From a virus: a DNA stretch of 64,000 nucleotides. The stretch is taken from the IMG/VR virus record IMGVR_UViG_3300023178_000035; one strand, written 5' to 3'. Below the pieces are notes generated by a model. The model was not told the DNA's origin. It did no database searches and was given only the letters and a program-made list of their open reading frames with translations. Shown here one piece after another: positions 20,001 to 27,053 of this stretch; positions within the stretch are counted from its first letter, which is position 1, and the number at the start of each line of letters is the position of its first letter. The position numbers were made by a program, and so were the translations under genes.

Positions 20001-22989
20001 GTTTTGTAGGCGTAGGTGCAATGCTATTTCCTTTTGTACTATCATATTCGTATATTGTAATTGTATCATCAGGAGCCTTTGTTGCAGTAACAACAGCATA
20101 ACCTTCACTGTTAAATGTATAATCTTTTCCATGAACTAACTGGGTATCATTTAAGTATACTGTTACTGCACGATAACTAGGCACTGATTTGTCAAAGGTT
20201 TCACCTAAAGGAAAATATATCTCGTCGCTATCTTCAATCGGATGATCAGTTTTTATAAAGCCTCCGTACGGCACCATATCACTAAAATAAAATAAATCAG
20301 TATCAGCTTGTGATTTTGAAATTTCTTGTAATATTCTATCTACGTGGGTTTTTGTATCGCTTTGAAAACCTAATGTTTCAGCAACACTGATAAATTCCCT
20401 TTTAAATTTACTGTAACTATTTTTTGCAAATTTAATACTTTTGATTATATTTGATTCGTCATTAGTGATATGATATAATGGAAGATTTAAAGGTGCACTA
20501 TGTTGTAAAAAACGTCGACCGTTTATACTCACATTGCCAAGGTCACGCAGATTGTTTGTGCCAGGATTTATACCGGTAAAACCTGTAGTGTTTTCTATAA
20601 TTGTAGCAACATGATCATTTACTTCGCCTAGGGTAAATTCGTCTAACTGATTGTTACTTGGATTTCTTTCTAAAGAGTAAGGAATCTCGTAGTAACCATT
20701 TTGATTTTTAACTTGAGAACTTTTTGTTTTTAACACAACTACATCGTCTTTGACCAGTTTTTTTACAAAAACTATTTTTGCAAAATTTGTAGCGTCTTGT
20801 TCTACAGTATAATCTACATCACGAATTTGAAAGCTGTTGTTACGGTAAACAATAAGTTGCATATCGTTTACATAATCCCAACTGTTATCATATTGATCAA
20901 TTAGTATATTTTTAAAAGTGTTATCAAATACAAATTGTCTTATAACATATTGATCACTACTTGTAACTTTAATCCATCCTGTTTTGTTACTAAATGTAGA
21001 TCTGTCGGTGTGATGATGTAAAAAGCCAGATACAGCTTTTTCTGTAATTACGTTTTCATTAGAAACATATGTGAATGTATCTGTTGTAAGTTTTGATTCA
21101 AATACAATGTCGCCTACATTTGTAATATTTCTATATGCTAAAGGAAAACCTAATTCAGTATCGTTTAAACCTGTGCCTTGTTTATAAGCAAATATACTAT
21201 TTCCCACAAATGTTGTTGACGGATAAATTGCAGTGTCAGAAAAACTATAACCGTTAGTGTCAAACAAATCAAACAAAGGACTTTGATTGACTTTGGTTTT
21301 TTCCTGTCCTAAAATCCACTTGTTTGTTTTATAATGAAGTGTTTTTCCGCCATATGTAGTGCCTTGCTTTACTAAAACTGTTTCGTCAGCTAGTGATATA
21401 CTGTCAGATTCTTCAATAAGAGTTATTTGCCTTTGGCCGCTTACATTAGCATCATCTATTACTGTGCCATCATAAGTGATAAATTTTACTTTGAATATTC
21501 TATTTTTTACTAAAGAGTCACTGTCATTAGTAAACAAAATTCTATGGCCATCTCTTAAGTCTACGCCATCTATGTTATAACCTAAACTTCCTTCGATAGT
21601 ACTAAAAACATCTTTTGTTATAGTATCTACTAGATCAATTGGTGTTTTAGCTTCAGTACCGTAATTGTATAATCTAACACCCGCTTCAAATTCAAGTATC
21701 GGTCTAGTTGCTTGTTGTGTTGCATCTAACGATGCAGTCAAGTTGTTTGCCAGCGCACTGGCTTCTATTACACTTTTATGAAACCATTTGTTATATCTAG
21801 CCCACAGATTCCCGTCAGTTGCACTTCTATTAATAACAATATAGTCTTTGTCTTTTGCATATCCCAAAGCTTTACTAAACGGCAAGCTATCAAATTCTTC
21901 ACTATCAAATTCATCAATAACTTCACTTGTAAAAGCACTTGCTACATCTAAACTGTTTGCATCTATTAGTTTGATAGCAGTGCCTACTCCTTCAACATAG
22001 TATTCTTTATTACTATAAGAAGCAGGCAATACGTTTCCTGCAAAGGAAATCTTTATTCCGTTGCTTAAAGCAATACCGTTTCCTGATGTATAAGTCTTTT
22101 TTCCTACAATTTCTGCATCTACGTCAATTTCAGTTGCGTCTGAAATATCTTTTACTTCTATTCTGCCATGCATATTGATGTCATTAGCAGCAACATACCA
22201 TAGACTATCTGGTGCTGCTGTGCTTAGTTCAAGAGTTACTGTTCCAGTCTCTAAACCTTGAATATCTACCCCGTCGTACAATAGTATAGTAGAACTGTCT
22301 AGGTCAAATTCTGACGAATCGCTTAATTTTGTTCTAAAAGTAATAGGAAAATTAGGTACATTTACATCAAACTTATACTTTACGCCTCTGTATAAAGTAA
22401 GGGTAGGATTAGCAGTTTGTCCATCGGGTGTGAAAATATAACTATACGAATCTAAATTATCTGATAATTCAACGGTATATGTGCTTTCTACATCAAAACT
22501 ATTTCCAGTAATACTAACTGTGCTAGGCCCGGAAGGTAGCCAATAGTACTCTCTAAAATTAGTAAATTTATCCCAATCAATAAACGGATTCCATGCATAA
22601 AATTCCTGTTCATTAACTGTACTATGATCTTGTATTGATCTATTGTAATTACTCAAACTATTCATATAGTCATTGTAATCTTTATAAAAAGAAACATTAC
22701 CTAAATCGTCTGTAATGACACTTGCAGGCTCAAGTTGATAATTTTCTCTATCTTGACTTACATCACCTATATAGATATCAGAGCTTTGATACGCTTTCGA
22801 TGTTTTACGTCCAACATAACCGTTTAGTTTTCCAACTACTCCTGGCTGTATTAGCTGGTCAAGAGTAGAACCTAAAAATTTAGAATTAGATGGTGTTCTA
22901 AAAATTCTCGGTAAGTGGTTTTCGCTTTTGCGTTTAGACTTGCCTCTGTTAGGAAGATTAGGTTCATTTTGAAAATTATCGTAAGCCAT
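8032..22989 (-). CDS. Giant (4985 aa) baseplate wedge / receptor-binding structural protein (gp7-like position)
   Basis: Uninterrupted 14.96-kb ORF translationally coupled to the gp6-like gene. Contains FG-GAP-like propeller blades (FGSSIELSEDGQWLIVGSP), W/F....Y..G.(I/V)V CBM5/12-like repeats, I..V.I.N.G.GY..AP repeats and G(D/N)G.T..F repeats. Confidence 0.8.
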   Translation of the reverse strand: MAYDNFQNEPNLPNRGKSKRKSENHLPRIFRTPSNSKFLGSTLDQLIQPGVVGKLNGYVGRKTSKAYQSSDIYIGDVSQDRENYQLEPASVITDDLGNVSFYKDYNDYMNSLSNYNRSIQDHSTVNEQEFYAWNPFIDWDKFTNFREYYWLPSGPSTVSITGNSFDVESTYTVELSDNLDSYSYIFTPDGQTANPTLTLYRGVKYKFDVNVPNFPITFRTKLSDSSEFDLDSSTILLYDGVDIQGLETGTVTLELSTAAPDSLWYVAANDINMHGRIEVKDISDATEIDVDAEIVGKKTYTSGNGIALSNGIKISFAGNVLPASYSNKEYYVEGVGTAIKLIDANSLDVASAFTSEVIDEFDSEEFDSLPFSKALGYAKDKDYIVINRSATDGNLWARYNKWFHKSVIEASALANNLTASLDATQQATRPILEFEAGVRLYNYGTEAKTPIDLVDTITKDVFSTIEGSLGYNIDGVDLRDGHRILFTNDSDSLVKNRIFKVKFITYDGTVIDDANVSGQRQITLIEESDSISLADETVLVKQGTTYGGKTLHYKTNKWILGQEKTKVNQSPLFDLFDTNGYSFSDTAIYPSTTFVGNSIFAYKQGTGLNDTELGFPLAYRNITNVGDIVFESKLTTDTFTYVSNENVITEKAVSGFLHHHTDRSTFSNKTGWIKVTSSDQYVIRQFVFDNTFKNILIDQYDNSWDYVNDMQLIVYRNNSFQIRDVDYTVEQDATNFAKIVFVKKLVKDDVVVLKTKSSQVKNQNGYYEIPYSLERNPSNNQLDEFTLGEVNDHVATIIENTTGFTGINPGTNNLRDLGNVSINGRRFLQHSAPLNLPLYHITNDESNIIKSIKFAKNSYSKFKREFISVAETLGFQSDTKTHVDRILQEISKSQADTDLFYFSDMVPYGGFIKTDHPIEDSDEIYFPLGETFDKSVPSYRAVTVYLNDTQLVHGKDYTFNSEGYAVVTATKAPDDTITIYEYDSTKGNSIAPTPTKLGLYPAYEPKIFVDTTYQTDTKVIQGHDGSIIVAYDDYRDDLLLELEKRIYNNLKVSYNESEFNILEVKPSYYRSTSLSRESIDKSLLGDFFQWTKFVTIDYTSQTFSRENRFSYNYSESFDSKNNSLPGFWREIYKYYYDTDRPHTHPWEMLGETIEPTWWQDTYGAAPYTSDNLLMWEDIEAGIVKTPGQRIEYRSNYKRSGLSNIIPVDEHGDLVSPLEIGLVSNYNFNLIERPWVFGDGAPVEAAWRRSSEYPFAALVAFALNKPCKLFGTGFDKINQVRNLAGNLIYKPTGQRIRLEDIVFPMSKSDTTDVFTSGVINYIAEYVKSNVESTYTDYKNNVQSLTNQLGFKLAGFTDKTKLKLILDSRTPLNKGNVFVPEENYKIIINESSPVELLNYSGVIIEKIAEGFLIKGYSSNRSYFLTYPILSRKSDFAINVGGVSEPFVEWVSGNFYTAGTIVRNNSAFYRCSKDNKETEFSEVNFSPLAELPIEGGRDAIISTQFNKSKVVEVPYGTLFTEIQDVVDFLLGYEAYLLSKGFVFDFFDNTINKVLDWKHSIQEFLFWTLYNLDSGAAISLSPSASYLQLASNSTIVSNILTGPNDYTLLQADGSYLDIENTTLSRLDNDFVMFINPDVTGQGVFYVELPMTQTEHVVLLDNETVFNDIIYDKTPGYRQERIKLLGYRTEEWTGSTNIPGFIYSDATAAEWKQNVPYDIGTLVKHKQFYYVADVKVAPSTVFNDAEWIKLSEQPRQGLFPNFEYKTNQFTDFYDLDSDNLDTEQQRFAQHLIGYQKRDYLENIINNSVSQYKFYQGMILEKGTSNALSKLFDVLASSDKDSLEFYEEWAIRDGQYGGVDIFDEFEAPIDESKILANPQPILLTNQSSEFTSDVVYRLKPFEVSVPTKNYDNNPFPTKVVVDTFTNSPGYVHKEDVVKIVDTMDDLVGTKIKTVRRNEFVWAGKEGLSWSVNRHIRADVDIASINVGSTIKITTNNLIKDIEKDDIVGIHSVYGISSQAELLEDSSKLQTTIKKFSEFDFFAKVVSVENAILELEIPEASRDAVGSLTGAISNAELTRFEPARFANTADANTAMQNYFQPNTKLWIDKIGTNSEWKVLTNDNLYTEAEIFDGPSTADDSSFTKSSTFATAITANNSGNVLCVGDPNSLNGIVYVYRRAGKNKKWVFNQYLTPADYAADGQAFGSSIELSEDGQWLIVGSPKASNVKSKFKNAFSNTTTYAKNEIVSYKNRLWRAKFDLLYSSAGVNFNTFSSTVQNIYALENQTNSNADVPVIYVGNYSIPSGTATAPFTDTVNHILVRAPKTLYDNTITEDSTGNWEIKLDWNTLSYGYQDVLLPTATQPFNGNYSVLNESFFDGTHAIRRSIDTVIYFDSLTVVPELGETVQTDTGTAEIDYVHSNTDGKYVVYLRSKTGSFNSTDSLYRVSGEYIGDFEKQADADGTVYGGFWWIDTPDYTPAYSSTLSDQGRGLVYVDMANDSTFGNTYHNILDNNTTVIDSENNKNSYIRVLTSEGFPNANNANGTILDSRYVVRAPKALTDTLSVSDTVNLYVNQLPNYSAGLQKDITDIGLTTADTNKEVSVAGLWDGYIGLRFTKFQTNGQPYIPQVGQTVRDKRTGATAKVQFIQRNYLDATLFVSDVTGAWSKGESYSDLSEIEFLAISGGSGIYQVDREIGDIQHVSVGSATIGKLIVVDTGTDISLPTQQILEGAEYWFYTNRQVLGDPRAQEAPSISNSDWEVVYNIPVDTAGTASSFTNQGVYSVYKNDGTAFSEYGSYIVQDAQTDSNLGANVKIRKKGDTYKAFVQAAGNGTAALPGKIYFFNKGIYETVSYDWESSKFKSYKGPFDESLAYRQGDIVFVSEDRDALYEARLNIVAGTAFSLDNWTKKSDYVDYVGFIPNNTNIVVINDSTDFSSVLDNDNVETFGDEFDVSKDGAVVVSKVTYENKPSTVVVYRNVDENYQHSQIVIAGDESSAINEWKTAISSDGMFIAISKPLEDIYQSNEGQVFIYKQVNGEFTLDHTLENSNYKNGEQFGYNIDFDGNRLLVSAKNSDAVTPTIFDNSQTYFDSGFTNFSYTNEFQGIVYVYENVDNEYLLAQKLNAKDQNLRDFGKHVLLKNNDIFIGIPIKPQTYTGTNIGEVYNFKITDSSKNMWRTLREIQSTVDLEKIKEVYLYNTKTNTRIANLDYIDINQGKISGLADQEINYKTNDDPAVYSVGLDTDNVDVNNTWGSEQVGQVWWDLTNAKFYNPYQSEIIYSAQTWNTAFGSSSVDVYEWIESPYLPSKYNELSKAGNAEAIRNGITGTAKTESTYVSRKVYDTIAKTFSNKYYYWVKDKTTIPVQSDRNFSVKAISSYIADPNNNGVESISFLSADRFVLNNVNKYLSAKDVSLNVQFYNQENTDVNVHTQYKIISENLETSQPTDDVITKWFDSLIGYDSNLLPVPDTSIPTKYRYGNLSKPRQSWFVNRLEALKQVVERINLVLKDTLIVDSKTLTPLFDTDPAPAASSNLYDESVDDLEDLADIQTEKLIPAILTPVVENGKITKVEITNPGRGYKNAPPVIVYGKGSDAEVNVTVDSLGRVRTATVVKQGTNYLSDTILTIRKYAVLVKNDSTISNKWAIYERDGESWIRKSKQKYDTTLYWNYIDWYAAGFNANTRIDHIVSNSHGLINANINRNEIVKIQNVGSGGWLLLKRKDVTNSLDYTIDYDTIGREKGTIEFGSNLYEPPSFGFDSNSFDIKFYDFLPVYELRTILSAIKDNIFVNDLLLEFNRLFFASLRYVLSEQTNTDWLFKTSFVKAKHNVGQLRQDITFNNDNLADYEEYIKEVKPFKSKIREYLSSYERLEPTNSFVTDFDLTPVYDAQDGKLIHADTKIVDNEITVLDEIIENYPNKHWANNNGYEVTAVHINNAGSKYRTAPVVKLSGGGGTGAEIKTYVGTSGKITKVEIVNPGSGYTSAPSIELLHNIEEGGTNGEISLEIGNGLVRSTKTAMKFDRTAGSFTITDINVEETFTSSGSKFEYDLKWPIVLTRDKISVKANGIELGKSEYSFSNVVDTSKSYKRSKGRITTTSALSNGTIVTIAYEKSLDILNAADRINAYYTPATGQLGKDLTQLMVGVDYGGVEVKGVGFETIQGWDNDAWYTSEWDAYTDTNEDEVFQFDESTVEINLSKPLELGTSYNVYLNQVRIDDPNYDGSTAIDNPNAIMRTLVGDGVTTTMYLDDFKLQTIQSDGNNTGAVINYDTSDKLIIRKSSSDGTYALNPNTIDTQLSGGNLAYGNARGISSEDITIDGDNFVSHITSGSVEEHVPGQVLDTLNIKVYERPSGSNSNITSNIFYGNGTTTDFTIDANLYEITQVIVSVDGNLQRLTSDYTVDVDTKTVQFVTAPAARSVIRINDFGLAGSNIIESDTFTSDGSTLNILTGVSHEDDLQSVARVDGADIDHEIVNQDGRAVISLAEAAVFNDVVQYAIFKPADTSNYSKIIIENITADGSSVSYDLSNKPAVKNPLEWNTVVIAGNTLLDPGYAQKFTMDDSTRSFVLNNSQIDLNNIPGYSLYVVADDSVLEFNKDYTWTPETGTIHLSAVFDLTGKQTLEVYTRHNADYTFGTFDTGNDFGIDSDTITFTSTYSESTLLKVITFANHDHRNINRQRITVKDRSGVDTTSNDYNVLTNIQRGRILLDTAVVDAQYVWVSKNGQLLTPNGDYSINATGSSIELASQPSLNDEFLVVHFAADPLRDTFGWQQFKDILNRTHYQSLDSSKAFKLSNDLKWYDKKIVLDDASALSEPDADGTPGVIWIDGERIEYFVKADNELSQLRRGTLGTGVKDIYSAGTSGIEVSGANNVPYKDELYTTVYTGDGTADEFVLDFTPSSSNEFEVFVGGKRLRKNSISSYRFEYTDGNGTVVDSIAMDSPEGDVTLPAEFSYSGTTLTLASVPADSVKVVVIRKKGLTWSDAGKTLSESQTDIAKFLRSTTVDLPR

Positions 22990-25900
22990 TAGTAACTGCT
23001 TCCTCCGCCGCTTGAGCTTGAACTACTAGAACTAGTGCTACTTGAAGTTGTATTAGTTGAACTAGTATATGTGGTGCCGGTTGTACTTAATGCAGAGCTT
23101 TGTACTCCTGCATTTACACTTGTGGTACTAGTAGTAATCGAACCGCTTGCTTTGAGTTTAGATGCTGTTACAGCATCTATAATAGCTATGTCGTTTACTC
23201 TTGCACCGCTTATAAAGATTTCGTCTGATTCTGCTTTTACTTCAAATAAGCTTCCAAACACATCTGTTTCATTATTTGGTACCACTACAAATGTAACTAA
23301 GTTAGGACTAAGTTCTTGTAAAATATATGCAGATAATTCTGAGAAATAGAATGTATCTCCAAAATCCCAATTTTCTAAAGCAAAAAATCTGTTTATAGCA
23401 GATAACACTTCAGTTTTTAAATCATTGTCATTAATTACAGCTTCTGGATTTTTAACAATTTTAAATGTTGCTTGCAAGTTACTGTCAGCTTTACTTCCAA
23501 ATAATATTTTATACTTAACAGGATGGTATATTATTTCATCACTAATTGATTTGATTTTATTAAGTTCTGAACTATAGTTAATGTATAATTGATCGCTACT
23601 CGGCGGCTTAGGAAAAGTCACTTGATCTTGCAAATACAATCTAAATTGCGTATCATAATTTGCTGTAAGCATATACACATCAATAATGTTACTTACACTA
23701 GGATCTAATCTTCTATCTTTATCAGCTGCGTGCACATAGTGGAATTTTAGGTTATCCCTTCCTTTGTTTCCAGCATAATCAGCAGTTGTAATTAAATTAC
23801 CGCTTGCTTTGTTTAACACTTGGAAAAGATTTTCTTGTATAAAGTAAAACACCTGGCCGTCATCATACACACTAGTCACTTGTAAATCTGCTTTTTTATC
23901 AAAAACTCTAATTGTGTTGTCAGTGTTATCATAATAAACATAAGTTTCAGTGCCGTCTATGTTAACTTGTTTTTTTCTAAACACTAATTTGTCTGACGCA
24001 TTTGTGTCCTCAGCAACAATTATGTCAAATAATTCAGGATCATCAACTACAGCATCTTCATCTTTATCGAAAAATGTTATTTCAATCTTACTACTGTCTA
24101 CATAGCCATCAGAATCTCTCACATTAGCAATTATTTCCCAGTCATAATCAACAGTGAAAGGTGATAAACTATCAGGTTGGGTGTTAATGCTTAAAACTGA
24201 TATCTTATCTTTCACTACTTTGCCAGATACGTTTTCGAAAACCTTATCAGTTGAATCAAAGAAAAATCTTATCTCGTTGGGACTTTCAAAAACAAATTTG
24301 CTTGCTCTATACGTAATAGTATATTTGTTGCCGTCAGCTTCGAACAGTAACAACCAACTAGAATCTGCTTGCTCGCTTGAAGTGTTACCTGCACGAGATA
24401 AAGAGAAATTAGACACAGTGTTAAGATTATCAAGTGTAATTAATTTCCAAGATTGGCTTGTTTGATCATATCTTAATCCAAAAGTATTCTTAGCAAAACA
24501 CTGATCTATTATTTGTGTTTCTAAATCCGTTGAAATATTAGTAGCTAACTTTGTAATAACTCTATCTAATTTTGCAGTAGAAGGAATTTTATCAGTAAGT
24601 TTTACTGCACCTTCGCCTGTTGCTGTAGCATCAGTACCGTCATTAGCTACACTGATAATTTTTGACCAAATATAACTTTTTGAACCTGAATGATCAGCTG
24701 CACCTGCCATGAGTGTGTTATCTGGCATAAAGTGATATCCAGCAGGAGCTACAAATTTTACTAATGAATTAGGCACAAGTAAACTTAAAGAAGAATCACT
24801 ATAGGATCCTAAAGTAACGTTTTCTCCACTTGTGTCTTGTACATAACCTGTATTTTGATTAGTAACATTAGTAACACTAGACCACATGTAATTGTTTCCT
24901 GCTACTGTTGTCACAGGATACTCATTGTAATAAAAATTGCGTAAATTGTAATCTCTTAATATAGGAATAATTGTATTTTGTACAGCGCCTTCTATATCAG
25001 TTTTTGTTGCAAAAGTAAAGTTAGTTTTCTTTGTATAGTCTTGCTTGTAAATTATTCCATCAGCACCAAATAAGTTTGTTTTGCTGTATTTTCCTGTGCT
25101 ATCTATTAAATCAAAATATCTACTGATTCCGCTGCTTACTCGATTTACACTTTTTACTTTTACTACTTCTTGATTGCGAACTAAAGGCGCAATCTGATAA
25201 TCTTCTGCTGTTATCATTCTGTTTTGAGTGTAATAGTTACTCGGAGCATTATTTTTTATGTTTTCATTTGTCTCAGATACAGCACCATTTTCAATTGTAT
25301 TTTGGAGTTTAAAAGTAAGTGTTAATGTTTCAGCTGTATTTGTATGACTAAGGTATGGCAACGAAACAACCACAGTCCCTAAAGCATTAGGCTGAACTAA
25401 AGTTGTAGCTGATTCACTTATTCTATAGTAAATTTTAAAACTACCTTGTGGTAGATTTCCGAATACGCCATCCCCAAACACTAGACTAATCCTATCTTCA
25501 ATACGTGTTAAAATACTGTAGATATTTTTTTCGCCTTTTTCTAAACTATTGTAAATTACATTATTGCCCTCAGTAGCACTCACTTTGGTCCAAAGTTCAT
25601 TTTCTATGTTATTTTCATCAAGGGAATATAGCCATACGTCTGTTTCGTTAATGTTTATTTCATCAATTGCGACTACTTGATTGGTTGTAGGATTTGTAAG
25701 ATTAAATGTACCATCTACAAGCTGGCCTTGTCTAAAATGCACAAAATAACCTGAGTTATCACTAGCTTTTCCTTTACCATCATCTTTATAAATGATACTA
25801 AACTTGTTTCCTGGGTATGGATCTTCTTCTGTTACTGCACTATTTTCTATTTTTGTGCTTACAACTTCAAATTTAGTGTTTACACCATTTACATTTCTTG

Positions 25901-26507
25901 TAAAAGGAAATAATGCTAATCCGTCATTGTTTGAATTAAACCTATATTGTTCTGTATATACACCGCCAATTGTATCTTTTGCAATAGGGTTGCCTATGCC
26001 TACATTTACAGGAAGTGCAGCATTTAAAATTTTTGTTATTTGCTCGTCTGAATTAGTGTTTGTAAGGTCGTTCCATGTTACATTAACACCTGACAAATTT
26101 AACCCACTAGAATCTAATATATTTTCAGTTGTTGCAACGCTTTGTAATTTAAGTAAACCGTTTAATGCTTGATTACGCTTTGCGTGATAACTTAGCAATC
26201 TTGCTAACCTAAGTACACTTTCTCTTCTTTCTGCTGTTTCAAGAAAGTTTTCTCTAGCATTAAGATCTGTTCTGAAAGAGAATGCTTGCCCAAGATACGC
26301 AATTAAATCTACCAGTGCAATATATTCACTAGATTCAATATAATCGTTAAAGTCTTCTGGATAATTTGTTCTTAGATAAGTTATCATTGTTCGACGTAAG
26401 TTGTCGAAGTCATAAGACAAAAAGTCTGCATTTCTAAAGCTTTGATAGATACGTTTCCAGTCTTCTGCAACTAGTAATCTATTCTGTCTATCAGTTGTTG
26501 ACATCAC
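22989..26507 (-). CDS. gp6: Baseplate wedge subunit, gp6-like
   Basis: N-terminal DF.SYDFDNLR..MI.YLR.NYPE.FNDYIESSE..AL.DL.AY...ARENFLETA.RRESVLRLA is characteristic of T4 gp6. Also GAVSET.E.IK.NAP..Y.TQNRM.TAEDY. The likely start is ATG at 26504. Confidence 0.85.
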   Translation of the reverse strand: MMSTTDRQNRLLVAEDWKRIYQSFRNADFLSYDFDNLRRTMITYLRTNYPEDFNDYIESSEYIALVDLIAYLGQAFSFRTDLNARENFLETAERRESVLRLARLLSYHAKRNQALNGLLKLQSVATTENILDSSGLNLSGVNVTWNDLTNTNSDEQITKILNAALPVNVGIGNPIAKDTIGGVYTEQYRFNSNNDGLALFPFTRNVNGVNTKFEVVSTKIENSAVTEEDPYPGNKFSIIYKDDGKGKASDNSGYFVHFRQGQLVDGTFNLTNPTTNQVVAIDEININETDVWLYSLDENNIENELWTKVSATEGNNVIYNSLEKGEKNIYSILTRIEDRISLVFGDGVFGNLPQGSFKIYYRISESATTLVQPNALGTVVVSLPYLSHTNTAETLTLTFKLQNTIENGAVSETNENIKNNAPSNYYTQNRMITAEDYQIAPLVRNQEVVKVKSVNRVSSGISRYFDLIDSTGKYSKTNLFGADGIIYKQDYTKKTNFTFATKTDIEGAVQNTIIPILRDYNLRNFYYNEYPVTTVAGNNYMWSSVTNVTNQNTGYVQDTSGENVTLGSYSDSSLSLLVPNSLVKFVAPAGYHFMPDNTLMAGAADHSGSKSYIWSKIISVANDGTDATATGEGAVKLTDKIPSTAKLDRVITKLATNISTDLETQIIDQCFAKNTFGLRYDQTSQSWKLITLDNLNTVSNFSLSRAGNTSSEQADSSWLLLFEADGNKYTITYRASKFVFESPNEIRFFFDSTDKVFENVSGKVVKDKISVLSINTQPDSLSPFTVDYDWEIIANVRDSDGYVDSSKIEITFFDKDEDAVVDDPELFDIIVAEDTNASDKLVFRKKQVNIDGTETYVYYDNTDNTIRVFDKKADLQVTSVYDDGQVFYFIQENLFQVLNKASGNLITTADYAGNKGRDNLKFHYVHAADKDRRLDPSVSNIIDVYMLTANYDTQFRLYLQDQVTFPKPPSSDQLYINYSSELNKIKSISDEIIYHPVKYKILFGSKADSNLQATFKIVKNPEAVINDNDLKTEVLSAINRFFALENWDFGDTFYFSELSAYILQELSPNLVTFVVVPNNETDVFGSLFEVKAESDEIFISGARVNDIAIIDAVTASKLKASGSITTSTTSVNAGVQSSALSTTGTTYTSSTNTTSSSTSSSSSSSSGGGSSY

Positions 26508-26525
26508 TAGGTCCTCATAATATAA

Positions 26526-26532
26526 TATTTAT
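26526..26532 (-). promoter_or_regulatory. T4-type late promoter (ATAAATA)
   Basis: About 20 nt upstream of the gp6 start, with a GAGG RBS at 26513-26516. Confidence 0.6.
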
Positions 26533-26552
26533 CCTGTATAAAACTACTGGTT

Positions 26553-27053
26553 TTAAACTAAGTCACTACCGTTTGGAATAGAATCTCGTTGGATATTTTG
26601 TGTTGTAGGTATTAAGAAACCAGCTCTGTTATCAAATCTTAACTGCATAAATTCAGTCAAGTTATAAGGCTTATAAAGAATATTTGCTTCTATTTGTATT
26701 CCGTGTTCATATTGATCAACAATGATTTTATCAGCTGATACTCTTGGATCGAAATTAATAATATCCGAAACGTCTTTTGTGATTGCTTCTTTTAAGACAT
26801 CTGTTAACGGTTCAAATAAGATATCCCATATAATAGTACCAAACGAAGGATCTGATAATTTCTCTCCTTGCCTAATATGAAAATGATTTATTATATCTTG
26901 TTTTATACATTCAAAATCATAAATTGCTACTGTTTTTCGTGTAGGATCTGTGGTAGAGAATCCTACATATGTTCTTCCTGGTAGTCCATAATTTGTAGAT
27001 CTAGTAGAAGGAACTACTACTTCTTTGTATAACTTTTTTTCCAGTTTTGGCAT
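26553..27053 (-). CDS. gp25: Baseplate wedge subunit, gp25-like
   Basis: D...IKQDI.NHF..RQGEK...P.FG..IWD.LFEP......I..D...II..DPRV motif of the gp25/GPW family. Confidence 0.85.
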   Translation of the reverse strand: MPKLEKKLYKEVVVPSTRSTNYGLPGRTYVGFSTTDPTRKTVAIYDFECIKQDIINHFHIRQGEKLSDPSFGTIIWDILFEPLTDVLKEAITKDVSDIINFDPRVSADKIIVDQYEHGIQIEANILYKPYNLTEFMQLRFDNRAGFLIPTTQNIQRDSIPNGSDLV

